This document shows, piece after piece, positions 10,856 through 23,718 of a DNA stretch of 64,000 nucleotides. The notes beneath the pieces are model-generated. The model worked only from the letters and a program-made list of their open reading frames with translations. It did no database searches and had not been told where the DNA came from. Position 1 is the stretch's first letter, and each line of letters opens with the position of its first letter. This DNA is from Rhynchobatus australiae (taxonomy: Eukaryota): assembly GCA_034780895.1 (NCBI GenBank), contig JAUZTB010000107.1, positions 40,584,671 to 40,648,670 on the forward strand, written 5' to 3'. The position numbers were made by a program, and so were the translations under genes.

Positions 10856-12857
10856 GCTCTGAATTTTCCCATGTCTTCTATTGGACTTCAACTACCTGGC
10901 AAGGTCCAGTAAAATACAGTGGAAACAATCAAGGACCTTAAAATGCCACCCTTCCCACTGACAGTGGGAATTCCCAGACTGTCCTTTAAAGGCCAATGAT
11001 GCCAAGATGTGGGGTGTTCAAGATAAATATGCATCCCAATGTGCTTCGTGAACTTAAGACTCAAAACCAAAAAGGGGAACAATGAAGAGGGTTGTTCCCA
11101 AATATGATCAAAGAGGTAAGCTTTGGAGAAGAGCCTAAAGATTTAGAGAAGGAATTTTGGTATAGAACGAAGGGAAAGGACTTGCACAAAAGCTGCAAGT
11201 AAACAGAATTCTTGGAAAATAATAGGGCTGCAAATGTGTATAGGGATAGATAAGAGCAGAGTATGAAGGAATTTTAACATGAGAAAGAGTGTCTTAAATT
11301 TAAGGCTTTGGGAACAGAACCCAAGGTAAGAATGAGGATAAGGCTAACGGAGACTGTAAATGATTGTAGAGTGTAGATGTATAGGAGACTGTTCCAGGAA
11401 GCTCTATTTATCTAAACTGTTACTTCTATGCATAATTTTATAGTATGTCTGCATTATCATTAGCCTGGATGAAGAGAATGACTGTGCCATTTGCATTATA
11501 TTATTAGCTACAAGGGACTCAAACATATTGCATATGGTATGAATAATCTAACTGTCTCCACAGTGTAAATTTTTCTAATTTACCTGACTTAATGGACTGT
11601 GTTTTATAACTTCAATAAAATAGTACAAAGTACTGGAACAAAGGAGCAATATTTGCAATCTGCTTATAGTGGCAGCAGCTGCCTTGTCTCCCTGCGTGTA
11701 ATTATTGATGCTTTAATGCTTCTAATTATCACCACAGACACGTTTCACTCATATGCAGGGCAGCAAACCGTTTTGCCACACCGGGCTATTCATGGAATTA
11801 ATTGCACTCAAGTCTACTACCAATGGAGGGAAACTAAAAGCAACCTAGGTTATTCATGGAGCTAAGAACAACATTTATTCAACAAACCAGCTCTGCCAAT
11901 CCTAACCTGCTGTTGTGAAGATCTGAGAAATTTTGCTTCAAGTGATTTACCATTTGCTTTATCTCAAATCACATTTTATAAGTGAACCATTAACAATGGC
12001 TTCCACCTAACAGTTATATGAATAAACTTTACTTGTGTAAACCTCCACCTCCCATTTCCCTACCAATGTCTGCTTCCTGGAATGCTGTGTTTATCATTTT
12101 GGTTTTATTGTTTTCTTTAAATCAGTAAATTATTAGTTGGATTGCATTTATTTAAGCAGGAATGTCATACACCACAAAACCTCAATAGTGAAATAACAAA
12201 TTGTACTGGGCACCCCATTGAAAAGAACAGGGCCAGTAATTTTACTGTTGTCCAGAGGCTCAGTGCCAGAACAACATGGTAAGAACATTCCAGACATTAG
12301 CAATAAGTGTCTGGTTTATCAAAGCAACTTTTTGTTATGCTTTCCGGCAATCTAAATGGGCCTGTGCAAACAGTAAAACCTTGATTTAATTTGGGTCACA
12401 TTCCAAGTCTCCTTAAAAATACAGAGGAAGAATAATCAGCCAGAAACAGTGACATTTCAAGAATCTAAACTCCAGTGCAAAAACTACTTATCTGCAAAAG
12501 TGTTCCTTTGTAAAACTGAGAGAACATTGTGAAAGGTGAAGGTCCAATATGCTGGAGACCACCAAGGTAGAGAACACTGAAGGCAAAGATGACTAGACTT
12601 GTTTAAGAGCATGAACAAAAATAATCTTTCATGCATTCTTCAAAAATAAGACACTTTTATCTCTATGGCTGCATTATATAATTTATAGTGTGTGGCAAGT
12701 AGTCCTTTAAAATGCCTAATTGGCACTGCCAGAAAGAGGAATTGAGCCCCACGTCTTTAGCTGATTGTAACTTACCATTTTTCTTGTCCTGCTAAATCAT
12801 TTCACAGTAAAGCAGAAGTCTGATAATCTGCTAGATGATTGTTTGGAAATCCTGATA

Positions 12858-12900
12858 CAGGACCTCCCAGTTTACGAATACCCAATTTACATACAGTCTG
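12858..12900. mobile_element. Terminus of a Tc1/pogo (Tigger-like) non-autonomous DNA transposon
   Basis: TA followed by CAGGACCTCCCAGTTTACGAATACCCAATTTACA matches the reverse complement of the right end of the element at 42599-43012. Confidence 0.55.
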
Positions 12901-15900
12901 TACTGTTGGATTCGACTGTTTTAAGTAGTTTTTTTTAACATGTATCGTGTTTAAAACACCTCACAAGGAATGGCCGCTTCCTAGTTTATTGGTTCATCCA
13001 TCAGGTGAATACGTGTTTTCTCATTGGTTGGTTTTGCCACAGGTATCTAATAGGTTTTCTGATTGGACTATTGNNNNNNNNNNNNNNNNNNNNNNNNNNN
13101 NNNNNNNNNNNNNNNNNNNNNNNNNNNNNNNNNNNNNNNNNNNNNNNNNNNNNNNNNNNNNNNNNNNNNNNNNNNNNNNNNNNNNNNNNNNNNNNNNNNN
13201 NNNNNNNNNNNNNNNNNNNNNNNNNNNNNNNNNNNNNNNNNNNNNNNNNNNNNNNNNNNNNNNNNNNNNNNNNNNNNNNNNNNNNNNNNNAATTGGCAAC
13301 GGTGCATGGTGGCATTTGGGAGAGCTGATAGAATGCAGTAAGAATAAAAAAAAAGGAATAATGTAGGATTAGTGTAAATGAGTGGTTAATCATTGGTGTG
13401 AACTTGGAGGAGTGAAGGGCCTATTTCCGTGCTATCTGACACTACAATTCCACATGTTCCTCTTGCTAGATGATAGATTGTTCACTGTGCTGGAGCAGTC
13501 CACTGAACTGGTCCTTTGCCACAAGTACACAAGCACTGTAGAGGGTTAAGGAGTCAGCTCTTTGAGAGGGAGTTGGGAATGATTCATGCACATTGACCTC
13601 ACAGCAGTGCCTGCCTTCCATGATCAATTACAACTAAAGAAGAATGTAAATCTCTGTAGTGACACAGCTCTGATGACATGATTTCTCTTTTGCTGCTTAT
13701 ATCAGTATCTTGTTGAGTACAATCATGAATACAAGGAGTATCCAAATCAACATACCAAACCATTTTATGCATCAATTCAATGCCAAAACCATGCAATCAG
13801 TGACCAATACCTATTAGGTATTCACTTACCGTCTGTTTTCCATGTATCTTTGCCACAACCACTTCTATGCACCGTATTAGAAGAGGCTGCAGGTAGCTGT
13901 TAAGGATGATCTGGAGCACTTCTGGGCCCAGATGACCTGACTTCATCCTCTGTCTCATCTAAGTATTAGCTGAGTTTTCTGGAACAGAACTCATAAATGA
14001 ACCCACTCTCCAGGGAGCTGGCACAGGACAAGTCTTTCTCATTGGCTGTCTGCAGACCATTCATTCCCAGTGACTTAACTAAAACAGATTTCACCTCGAA
14101 ATTATTCTTATTGCTTGGGGACTAACAGTTTCTGAGCTGGTGGCTGCAGCTGTCAGAACAAATGACAAGGTGTGTTCTTCTTTTGTATCCTTTGGCTCAA
14201 CTGCAGGGGCCTGAACATCAGGAAATGTGTGTATATATGAAAGGAGAAGAGCACGATGTATTGCCTTGCCGAGACCCAGGATGGTGCCTTCCCAAAATTA
14301 CTTCCCATTGGTGTGTGCTAATGGAAAAATAATGTCACTGGCATTGATCATTGCATAGGTTGTGAGCATGAAATTCACTGGGGAGTAACATTGTGATGAA
14401 TTGACCTGGATTCCTTGTTCTTTGCAATTGCAGCACAATTATGAGCACATTTGTATTTCTAGGCCTAGAACGCAAATATCATGGTTCTGAGTACTGGCCC
14501 TTGATTTGGCCCCTTAGGTGCCTTGTTGTCCAGCACATGGATTCCATGCTGGACTNNNNNNNNNNNNNNNNNNNNNNNNNNNNNNNNNNNNNNNNNNNNN
14601 NNNNNNNNNNNNNNNNNNNNNNNNNNNNNNNNNNNNNNNNNNNNNNNNNNNNNNNAGTTGCTGCCTGTGTTTTGTCCTGAGGAAGTATCCTGACTCCAGT
14701 CTTGTATTGGTGTGCTGTATTTGGGTTCTCTGTGAGCTTGCTCTTTGCTCAAAGTTGTGATAGTAAAGAAGAGTGGACAAAATCAGGCCTACTTGGGTTC
14801 ATTCATTTGTTATTATAAGATCCCTAGCCTAGCATTCTATTTTGGACTGGCTAAAACCCACCCTTCCTCTTCTTGTGAAGTAGATTATTCCTGACATTTA
14901 TCACTGCTTCAGTTATTGTTGCATGTGGATGCTATGATGGAGTAGACAAGTCAACTATCCACATTCCTGTGCATTCAATGCAGTGTTAAATAAGCTTCAA
15001 ATTGTCCTGGACTTTAAGTGTGGACTAGTATCCCACTTCTTGTTCTAGCATTATTCATCCTTCTGGGACACTTTTAGTTCTGGGACTGCTATCTAATAAA
15101 GCTTAGATGATGGGTTGAGAAATATGCTACTTTGATCAGAGGTGAAATAAGTCTGAGCAGTCTCAGTCTAGCTTTCTGTAAGCAAGGCACTCCAGCATTT
15201 ATTTTAGTTTCTCACATGGGTAGCTTGAGGTGGAAACTACAATGAGTGATGCTTTTCTGAGACTCTGATCAAGAGCTATTGTTGGAGTACTGCTTAATTA
15301 CAGAAGGGAGTAAGGCTGAATTTCCATAAACCCTTATTAAATTGATCCTAAAATATATTCCAGGTTACTAAATTTTGATTAACTTTCAAATTAATGAGCA
15401 AATCCTGACAGATTCGTATCCTATGAGGGGCAGTAAGAACCAAATAAATTCTTAGTGCTTGTGTACATACCAGCCATTGCAGGAAATACCTTTCTGCTAT
15501 TTTTCTATCAGGGATNNNNNNNNNNNNNNNNNNNNNNNNNNNNNNNNNNNNNNNNNNNNNNNNNNNNNNNNNNNNNNNNNNNNNNNNNNNNNNNNNNNNN
15601 NNNNNNNNNNNNNNNGGATGAATGACGCAGATAGAAGGGCCTCATTCACTATTAACAATCCTTTATTCGAAAGCTATTTCCAACTTGATGTGGTCTCTGT
15701 TTGAATTCACCCTCAATAGAAGCAGATTGCTGTAGATAGCGTGAAATATAAATACTGAAAAACACACAGTCTTTGTGAGCTGAAGACGTGTTACTTTTTA
15801 ACAGTCTGTCAACTTCATACAGTTCAGGTTAACCATACAGTTATTCCCATACACACTTTGGCAGATTTAAGAAACAAACTATCAGATTACTACAATAAAA

Positions 15901-18459
15901 TGTAAAGAATATTGTCCTTCAGGTTTTGCTGGCGCACAAACTTCTGGCAGTCCTTACTGATGGGCATACTTGTGCGTAAAACAATACCAGTAAAGAATTC
16001 CAAAAACAAGGCAGGAATATGAAAACAGACAATGCACAGACTTGAGGTTGTTGATGGAAAAATACACCCTTTAATGATGAAATCAAATCCTGATCTTAAT
16101 TGTGTAGCCAAGTGTCTTCTGGTGTTATTCATTAGTTAAAGGTAAGAGAAGCTTTGAAATTATTTGGCAGGGAGTAGTGACAAATCAAAGGAAAGATAAC
16201 AGTCTTTGGTTAGGAATTTGGCTCCAGGATTATAAACAGTTCAAAAGAGTGATATATCATGCTTAATTAAATTAACAAGAAGACAATAATTTCCTGTCTG
16301 GCTGTACTTTTGTACTTTTCTTTCCATCCTGATTTATCTTTTCAATATTAACAATTCAAAACTAGTCTCTTGGCAAGGAGGTAAGTGTCATTCTACCAGT
16401 CTCTCCCTCACCCCTGCATAGCTTTAAACTCATTAATTCCCAGAGAGACCTAATGGTAGCCTCAATGTATTGGTGACACTGATGTTATGGTGGAAGGCTT
16501 CCACCACATAACAAGAGGGTTTTCAATTCTCTCCACTTTGAATCTGCAAGTAGATTCATGGCATGACATGAAGGAGGAAGTTTATTCCAGGGGCCAAACA
16601 GAACCTTGTCCATAACATGCTGGCAGCTTCACACACCAGGTTCTCTTCCATTGCTTCTGACAACAATAACCAGATCCAACCTGTAACTATAATTCCTTCC
16701 TCCATTTGATGTCTTCCTTCATGGTGTCAGAGAATAAAAGAACATCCTCAAATCAATGTTAGGGCCACCTCTTTTCTGAGGAGGACTGAAAACAGGCTTT
16801 ATATTTGAGGTTCAGTTCCAGAAATAAGGTGAGAGGTTCAATTCAGTCCACAAAACTCCTTCTGACAAATGAACACTGGAAGATTTTTTGGATATTATGG
16901 GAGTCAAGGGATATGGAGTAAGTACAGGAAAATGGTGTCGAGGTTAAAGATTAGCTATGATCAATTGAATCAATTCCTGCACGTTTTATTTTATTGTATC
17001 CTAAATTAGTTGCTTCCTTGGCACCAATCGTATTATACGGAAGTTCTCATAGTTGACTTTACTGGTACCTCTTCCTCCCCTTAGCCTATGGGTTTGTCCA
17101 GTTCTCACGTACACAAACATTCAGAAAATATACATTGCTGGGAGCCGGATGGAGTGGTGGAAAATGCTCAGTCTATGATGGGGAAAACATCAGGAGCTGT
17201 GCACATCTTATCCACTTCTTGCTGGCCTACTTCACGAAGTGAGCCACATAGTGATGGCAGGACCCAATGCCCAGAATCCCCCTGAACTCCCAGAGTCATG
17301 CGTTGCCCCAACTTAGTGCATGGTGAACAACAAACAACTACTCTTCCCAGAAGTGTTCGGCCTTCAATATCTGTAACCGTGCTTCAATTTGTGGTATTTT
17401 GTAATGTACTAAGAAAACAAAGATTGTGGAAAAAAAACTGGCAAAGATTTATTTAATAATTAAAGTTGACTTTCTAGAATTAAACAATGAGCATAGTTCT
17501 TAGAGACATCAATTAAATAAAAGGAAGTTTTAAAAACAGGTTATATTTATAGTACTCTTGTTGGCTCTGTTTTGATGGGCATTTAAACTATCTCCATGAA
17601 GGGATTTGCAGTGTGACTTTGAAATATCACACATCAGGAGTGATATAGGAATACAAACAAAAATAGATTTTCCTTGCATATTGTACTTTATATTCAAATA
17701 TGCTGCATCAGAAGAGACTGTGGTATTTCTCATTTGATAATTATGAAATGTGAAATATGCCTCTTTTTTCCCACTTGGATGGGATGGTGGGGAGTTTTCC
17801 AGGATTATTTTTATGCAGCAGAGCTGTTGGCTGGGTCTGACATTCCACACGTACCTACCTCTGACTGATTAGGCTGGCTGCTGCCAGAGTCTGTTGATCC
17901 CTTCAGCTTGTTGAACACATAGGTCTCCTTGTATTACAGCGATCTCTGGTAGGACAGATATTCAGAACCTGTGGTACCTCAGAGCCCAGTGGAGACGCAA
18001 TTCCACCATGGGAGGGAACTTTGCAAATACAAACCCTAAAGACCCATCTTGGATTTACCAATTTTCCATGCATTTATTTTTTTTTCTTTTTATTAGTCCA
18101 CTGGTTTACTATGTGTGATCTGCATCAGTGCCAGACTTTGGCACTTCCACAGAGAAACACAGGTATGTCCGGCAGAAGACCTGGTGTCTGACCTTCCCCA
18201 TAGTTCTTCATAAAAAGAATTTGGTTTTGTGATGTTAGGACTCCTTTGCATTTAATGGCTGGTCTTTTGCCATGCTTTGTGACACTTCCCCAACATTTAT
18301 TACATATATTTCCAGGCCCTCAGCCTACTAAATGGTGGTGGTTACAGAACTGTAGAGCAGCAATAAATTATTGTAAGGTATTGGAAGGGAAACTGGGCTC
18401 TATGTTATCCACCTTTTAGGTTTGACACGCCCTCCTGTAGTTAGAAAACAGCAATCAAT

Positions 18460-18945
18460 GGATTGATTTTAAAAGGATTCCAAAAGGATTTTAATGAGCC
18501 ACGTACAGAACATGCTGGCATGAAATTCATTGCCAGGACTTTTGTATATGAGCTTAGTGTAAATAAACATTTTGAAGAAGTTGTGCATAGTTTGTATCAA
18601 TATCACCCAAGATACCAAAATAACCAACAATCAGTTTCAGCTTGACTTTTCCAACAAATCCAAATTGTCAAAAGGGCAACAATCATTATCTTCTTGCCAT
18701 CAACATGAACTCAAAATGGATTGAAGTCAGTCATGTAGTCTCTCATGCAACAGCAGAATGTGCCATTAAAGAGCTGAGATGGAGCTTTGCTATGCATCGA
18801 ACATCAGCAGAATTAGTGACCACAGTTCACTTTGCTGTTATTTCTGAGTTTTATTTGATGTAATGACATCAAACCTCTATCAATTCCAATATATCAAGCC
18901 TACTTCCAATGGGGCAACAGAGAGAACTATCATCCACCCTGAACA
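18460..18945 (+). mobile_element. Highly decayed Gypsy integrase fragment
   Basis: HAGMKFIARTFVY..VNKHFEEVV, NHYLLAINMNSKWIEV..TAECAIKELRWSFAMH..AELVT, and PTSNGATER-like codons near 18895-18925. Confidence 0.75.
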
Positions 18946-19944
18946 AGTAGATGTTCCAAGGTATTCAAAGTCTGTGATCCATAAAGATATTTTATACATA
19001 TTGGTATTAATGGTGTAAATATCCATGTTGATTATATTATCACAGCAAGGGCATACTTGGGGATACTAAAGTGACATATGATGATTAAACTATTCTGATG
19101 TTGATATAGAATCAACTGCTATTGAAGAGTCACAGAACAGCATTGAGTTAAGCCAAGAGATTGCAAGTTCTTCACACAAGGAACTGATATAAAGTCAGAG
19201 AGATGTACACTCTGAGAAGCTCAAATAACTGGCGAAGTCAATTGATTGAATCTGTCATGACTGTGTGAGGAGTGTTTCTGTACTTGTTTACAAAGAAAGA
19301 AAGCAATATTATCTGCTTATTTATAATGTATAAATAAGTCATGGGGTCATGGGGTTAAGAATATAATTCATGTCATCAAGTGTGGAAATAACTTAATGTG
19401 ATGTCGGTGTGCCTTGGTGTTTGACCAGAGTACAGTATACACCCCTGTTTTGAAGCTCCTGGAGTAGATATTACTGTATTTTGAGTTTACCAATATTCTA
19501 ACCATGGTTCATGGTCCACTCCAATGCATATTGCAGGCCTGTCTATACCCTCATTGTGATCCCACTGGTAGCTATTGTCTCTGTGATGCTCTTTCTCATT
19601 ATTTCCAGCACTACTACCTCCTTAAGGTTTAAACATGAATTACATTTTCCTCATCCTGTTCATTCACAGTATGAGAAAGGGAAAATGGCTGTGAGTATAA
19701 CGGGATAATTTTGATGGATGTGCCTGTCATCAGTTGTGGTCAGTAGACTTGAAACTGAGTTAAGTGTCTGAGGTGGAGTAGAATATATTCATCTTATGGC
19801 TGAGCACAAATTGATAAATTGCTAGTGGACACAAGCTGCCTTTATGTATTGTTAGTCACTTGTGATATTGGGCATCTTGCAGATGTGTGCAGTTATTGGG
19901 TTCTATATGGCTGCATGCCAAAATTATGTAAAATACAGCAAAGG

Positions 19945-20645
19945 AAGACTTGCAATTATATGGCATATTTCACAACCTCAGTTTGTTCCAAAACTTTTAA
20001 CAACCAATAAACTACTTTTGAAGTTTAGTTAGTCTTGTAATGTAGAAAATATATCATATTGCCCACAGGCTCCAAAAATAGTAACGTCATTTTGACCTAT
20101 TGACATGTTTTAGTTGTTGGTTGGGAGATTAAATATTAGCTGGGAGGATGGGGATAACACAATTGCTCCCTTCAAAATAGTGCTTCAGAATCCTTCATGG
20201 CTATTTAAAAAATTTTTTTAAAGATTTTATTTACAGTGTGGTAACCGGCCCTTCTGGCCCAACGAGTCCGCGCTGCCCATTTTAAACCCCAAAATAACCT
20301 ACCTGTACATCTTTAGAATGTGGGAAACTGGAGCACCTGGAGGAAACCCACACAGACACGGAAGAATGTACAAACTCCTTACAGACAACGACGGGAATCG
20401 AACCCCGATCGCTGGCGCTGTAATAGTGTCACACTAACTGCTATGCTACCGTACCACCCACCGTGCTTTGTAAGGGTGAGCAGGGCTTTGGTTTAAGTTC
20501 TCATTGAAAAGAAGACATCTCCAACAGTACAACAGTTCCCCAGTAATGTACTTCAGAGTCAGATTTGATTTTGACTGAGTTTTCTGGACAGGGGTTTGTC
20601 CTACATCCTTATGATCCAGAGGAAAGATTGCTAGGTACTAAGCCA
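19945..20645 (-). mobile_element. Old Deu-domain SINE (SacSINE1-like), split by a younger V-SINE
   Basis: Segments GACTTGCAATTATATGGCATATTTCACAACCTCAG, CTTCAAAATAGTGC and TTGGTTTAAGTTCTCATTGAAAAGAAGACATCTCCAACAGTACA resemble the remembered shark DeuSINE consensus. Confidence 0.65.
20205..20459 (-). mobile_element. Full-length V-SINE with CR1-type tail
   Basis: Reverse complement of the 3109 family: GGGAATCGAACCCCG B box and TTTATTTACAGTGTGGTAACCGGCCCTTC tail. Confidence 0.9.
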
Positions 20646-22539
20646 CAGTTGACAGTAACACAATTACTCATGTACCATGAACACAGTGTTCCTTTTTTTA
20701 GAGTTGGCCAAGTAATTTCCAAATGCAATGAAAACACCGGAAATCCTCAGCAGATTAGGCAGCATCTTTGGAGGCAGGAACATGGAAGTAATTGACCCAA
20801 TGATCTAGGATCCAACCCGTCACCCAAACTTGCTGCCTGTGATGTCCACACTCCTTTGCTGGAGGTGGAGGGGTCGCTAAGATGACCCACTTCATTCCTG
20901 CAAAGTAGGGAAGGGTCCAAGTGGCAAGTCTGCCTCAGGTGGTATGTCACTGAAGTCCACCATCCGCACCCCAACAGCCTTTAATAGATTGTGGCCAGCA
21001 AAGACGTGGCAACAGTTTTTAAATTTCATAGGCATTTAAAAACTATTTGAAAACTGTCAAATAGATTTAAGTATTTACAATATACTAAAGTTAATAAAAA
21101 AAGTTAAACATCAGAAAATATTAAAATACTAATAAATGATTACTTCTTCAATCATAGAGATCATGGTATATGATTAATTCATTCCCATTCATTGCATTAT
21201 CAATATAAAGTAATGTAAAATAATTCACTTCCATGAAACTTATCCTTCCCTAATGTAAGCTGAGGGGCCAAATGCATTGTCTCCCACCTCTGGCAGCATT
21301 GAGCTCAGCAGCAGAGGGGAATGTCAGATTCCATGGCGTCTGAGTTCCAGGTGGTCTTGGAATTCTCCGATTTGGCAGAATAAAATGTGCTCAAAGTCAA
21401 AGTCAAGGTCGTTGTCCTATGCACAAGTGCACGTAGGCACGGGTGCAGTGAAAAACTTGCTTATAGCTGCATCACATTCACAAGAAAAAAACATAAATGA
21501 AACATAAGTTACACAAAATTATACAAGAAAGTTGCAAGAAAGCTGAAACTTGAATGACTGAGATGAGCCTCAGCCAACAGAATTGATCCAGCCCATTCTG
21601 CCCATTGATGACCTTCCATCGGAACTCCAAATAACAAGAGATTAAAAACAAGTATTAAGATGTGAAAGTGGGAAAGGGATAGTGTTGTGACTGTGAACTG
21701 AGTCACCGGACAGACACTGAAGCTGATTGATATAAAAGGACTTCATTCATCATGACAAGCAACCATTCTCTTGGAGACTCTCAGTCAGAGCCTCCCCAAA
21801 CTCAAAGTGCATCAATATTTTCTACGCTTCAAAACAAAGTTAACAATAGCTACAATGATTATAATAAACAATTAACTACAATAAACAATGACATTGTTTA
21901 CTTCAATATTTTGAGTCTGACAAATGGTTCCATTGAATTACATATTTACAATGGGAGCACACTGACAAGGCACCTCAGAATATTCAAGAACTTTTGTTGG
22001 GACAGACAAAGTAATTCATATCAGTGGTCTAAAACCTTCTGAGGGCAGAGAACCCAAGGTTATTGTTATGAGGGTTGACTCTCTGAGTAGATAAATATCC
22101 CATTTATTGAGAGAGAGAAAATATGCCTTTGACCTTACTTGATGTGCTAGGTGAAAAAGTAAGTCTGGTTTGGAAGCTTCCTTGATCTCAGTTACAAAAT
22201 AACTTGGCCAGTGTTGCCTGGTTTAATGTCAACTAATTAACATATCCCATTGCTTTGCACCTGGCTGCTGCATACAAGAACATCCCACATTCATGTCGGT
22301 TTACAAGCCATATCTCTTGAGCGGTCTCCTGCTGTGCGACAGCAGTCTGCACTCTGTAGACAGTACTGTTTATTTACAAAGCTGGCTTTTTTGATTTCAA
22401 ACTGATCACTGCTTGCAAATTACATTAAGAATGAAGGACAGGAGGTCAGGATTGCAGCCGAGTCCCCGGAGGTGTGAGGCATCGGCACTAACTGCTGCAC
22501 CGCAATGCCGCACATCTTTTGTTCTCTCCACCCCTTCTT

Positions 22540-22712
22540 CTCACTGTAGCTGGAAATTTGCTTTTTTTTCCCACTATTCAGGTCATTCACCTGAAACATT
22601 AAACCCTGCTTCTCTTTCTGTGCCACCAAGATGCTGCTTGGGATGCTGAGTATTTCTGGCAAGTTTCTATTTCTATTTCAGATTTCCAATGTCTGCAGAG
22701 TTTTGATTTTGA
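22540..22712 (+). mobile_element. Penelope-like pLTR fragment
   Basis: GGTCATTCACCTGAAACATTAA ... GATGCTGCTTGGGATGCTGAGTATTTC ... TCAGATTTCCAATGTCTGCAG, shared with other copies. Confidence 0.6.
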
Positions 22713-22864
22713 ACCAAAGGGAAGGTCTCTTATCAAGTGGTAGGAGAGATTAAACCACACAATGAACGGCAAGTGCGGGGGGGGAAAGAAAATGTTAATG
22801 AGAAAAATAATAAAACTAAAGATTGGATTTCAGAATACGTATCCGAAATTAAAACACAAATGTG

Positions 22865-23290
22865 AAGTGACTGCTGAAAATCTGAAATAAAAACGCCAAC
22901 CATGCTGATTGTTTGAAATTGATAAACTCAATATTCAGAATGGGAGTCAGATGGAGAATTAAAATGACGGGCACCTTGGGACCATGCTTTCAAACTGAAT
23001 GGATGTGCCCTGAAAAGCAATTGCTATATTAATGGTTGTTCTTCCCAATCCGGAGGAGATTATTTTATATTTGAAGGAGTAGAAGTGACATATTTGTTCG
23101 CATGCAAATGGGGTTTGGGCTCATGTGGAGCGGAAGGTGAGGAGGTAAAATGGGCAGGTGCTGCGTCTTCTGTGATTGCACAGGAGCATGCCGTGGGAAA
23201 GGGATTAGGTGTAACTGAAAATGGAAGTGAGCCATCTGAAAGAGAATGGATGAAAGGGAATGAGAAGGGAAGATACATGTGATGGTGAAA
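22865..23290 (-). mobile_element. Penelope-like GIY-YIG endonuclease region, decayed
   Basis: The minus strand gives PFPTACSCAITEDAAPAHFTSSPSAPHEPKPHLHANKYVTSTPSNI, a frameshifted version of the PLE linker GTFPC..C.TC..TSS..IQGPK..F.V...FTC.SSN. Confidence 0.65.
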
Positions 23291-23354
23291 TCAATTAACC
23301 CTGTCCATTCTCCCTTATGGACTCTCCCGGTTTCCACTTAAAACTGCATCCATG

Positions 23355-23718
23355 ACATAGAACATAGAACACTACAGCACAGTACAGGCCCTTCGGCCCA
23401 CAATGTTGTGCTGACAGTTTATCCTGCTCTAAGATCTATCTAACCCTTCCCTGTCACTTAGGCCCAATTTCTCTATCATTCATGTGTCTATCTAAGAGTC
23501 TTTTAAATGTCCCTAATGGATCTGCCCGCACAATCGCTGCAGGCAGTGCATTCCATGCACCCACCACTCTCTGTGTAAAAAAACCTAACCCTGACATCCC
23601 CCTCATACCTTCCTCCAATCGCCTTAAAATTATGTCCCGTCATGTTAGCCATTGTCACCCTGGGAAAAAGTCTCTGAACTGTCTGCTCGATCTATGCCTC
23701 TTATCATCTTGTACACCT
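23355..23718 (-). mobile_element. CR1 LINE 3' fragment
   Basis: CATAGAACATAGAACACTACAGCACAGTACAGGCCCTTCGGCCC tail; GGCAGTGCATTCCATGCACCCACCACTCTCTGTGT encodes TQRVVGAWNALP. Confidence 0.88.
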
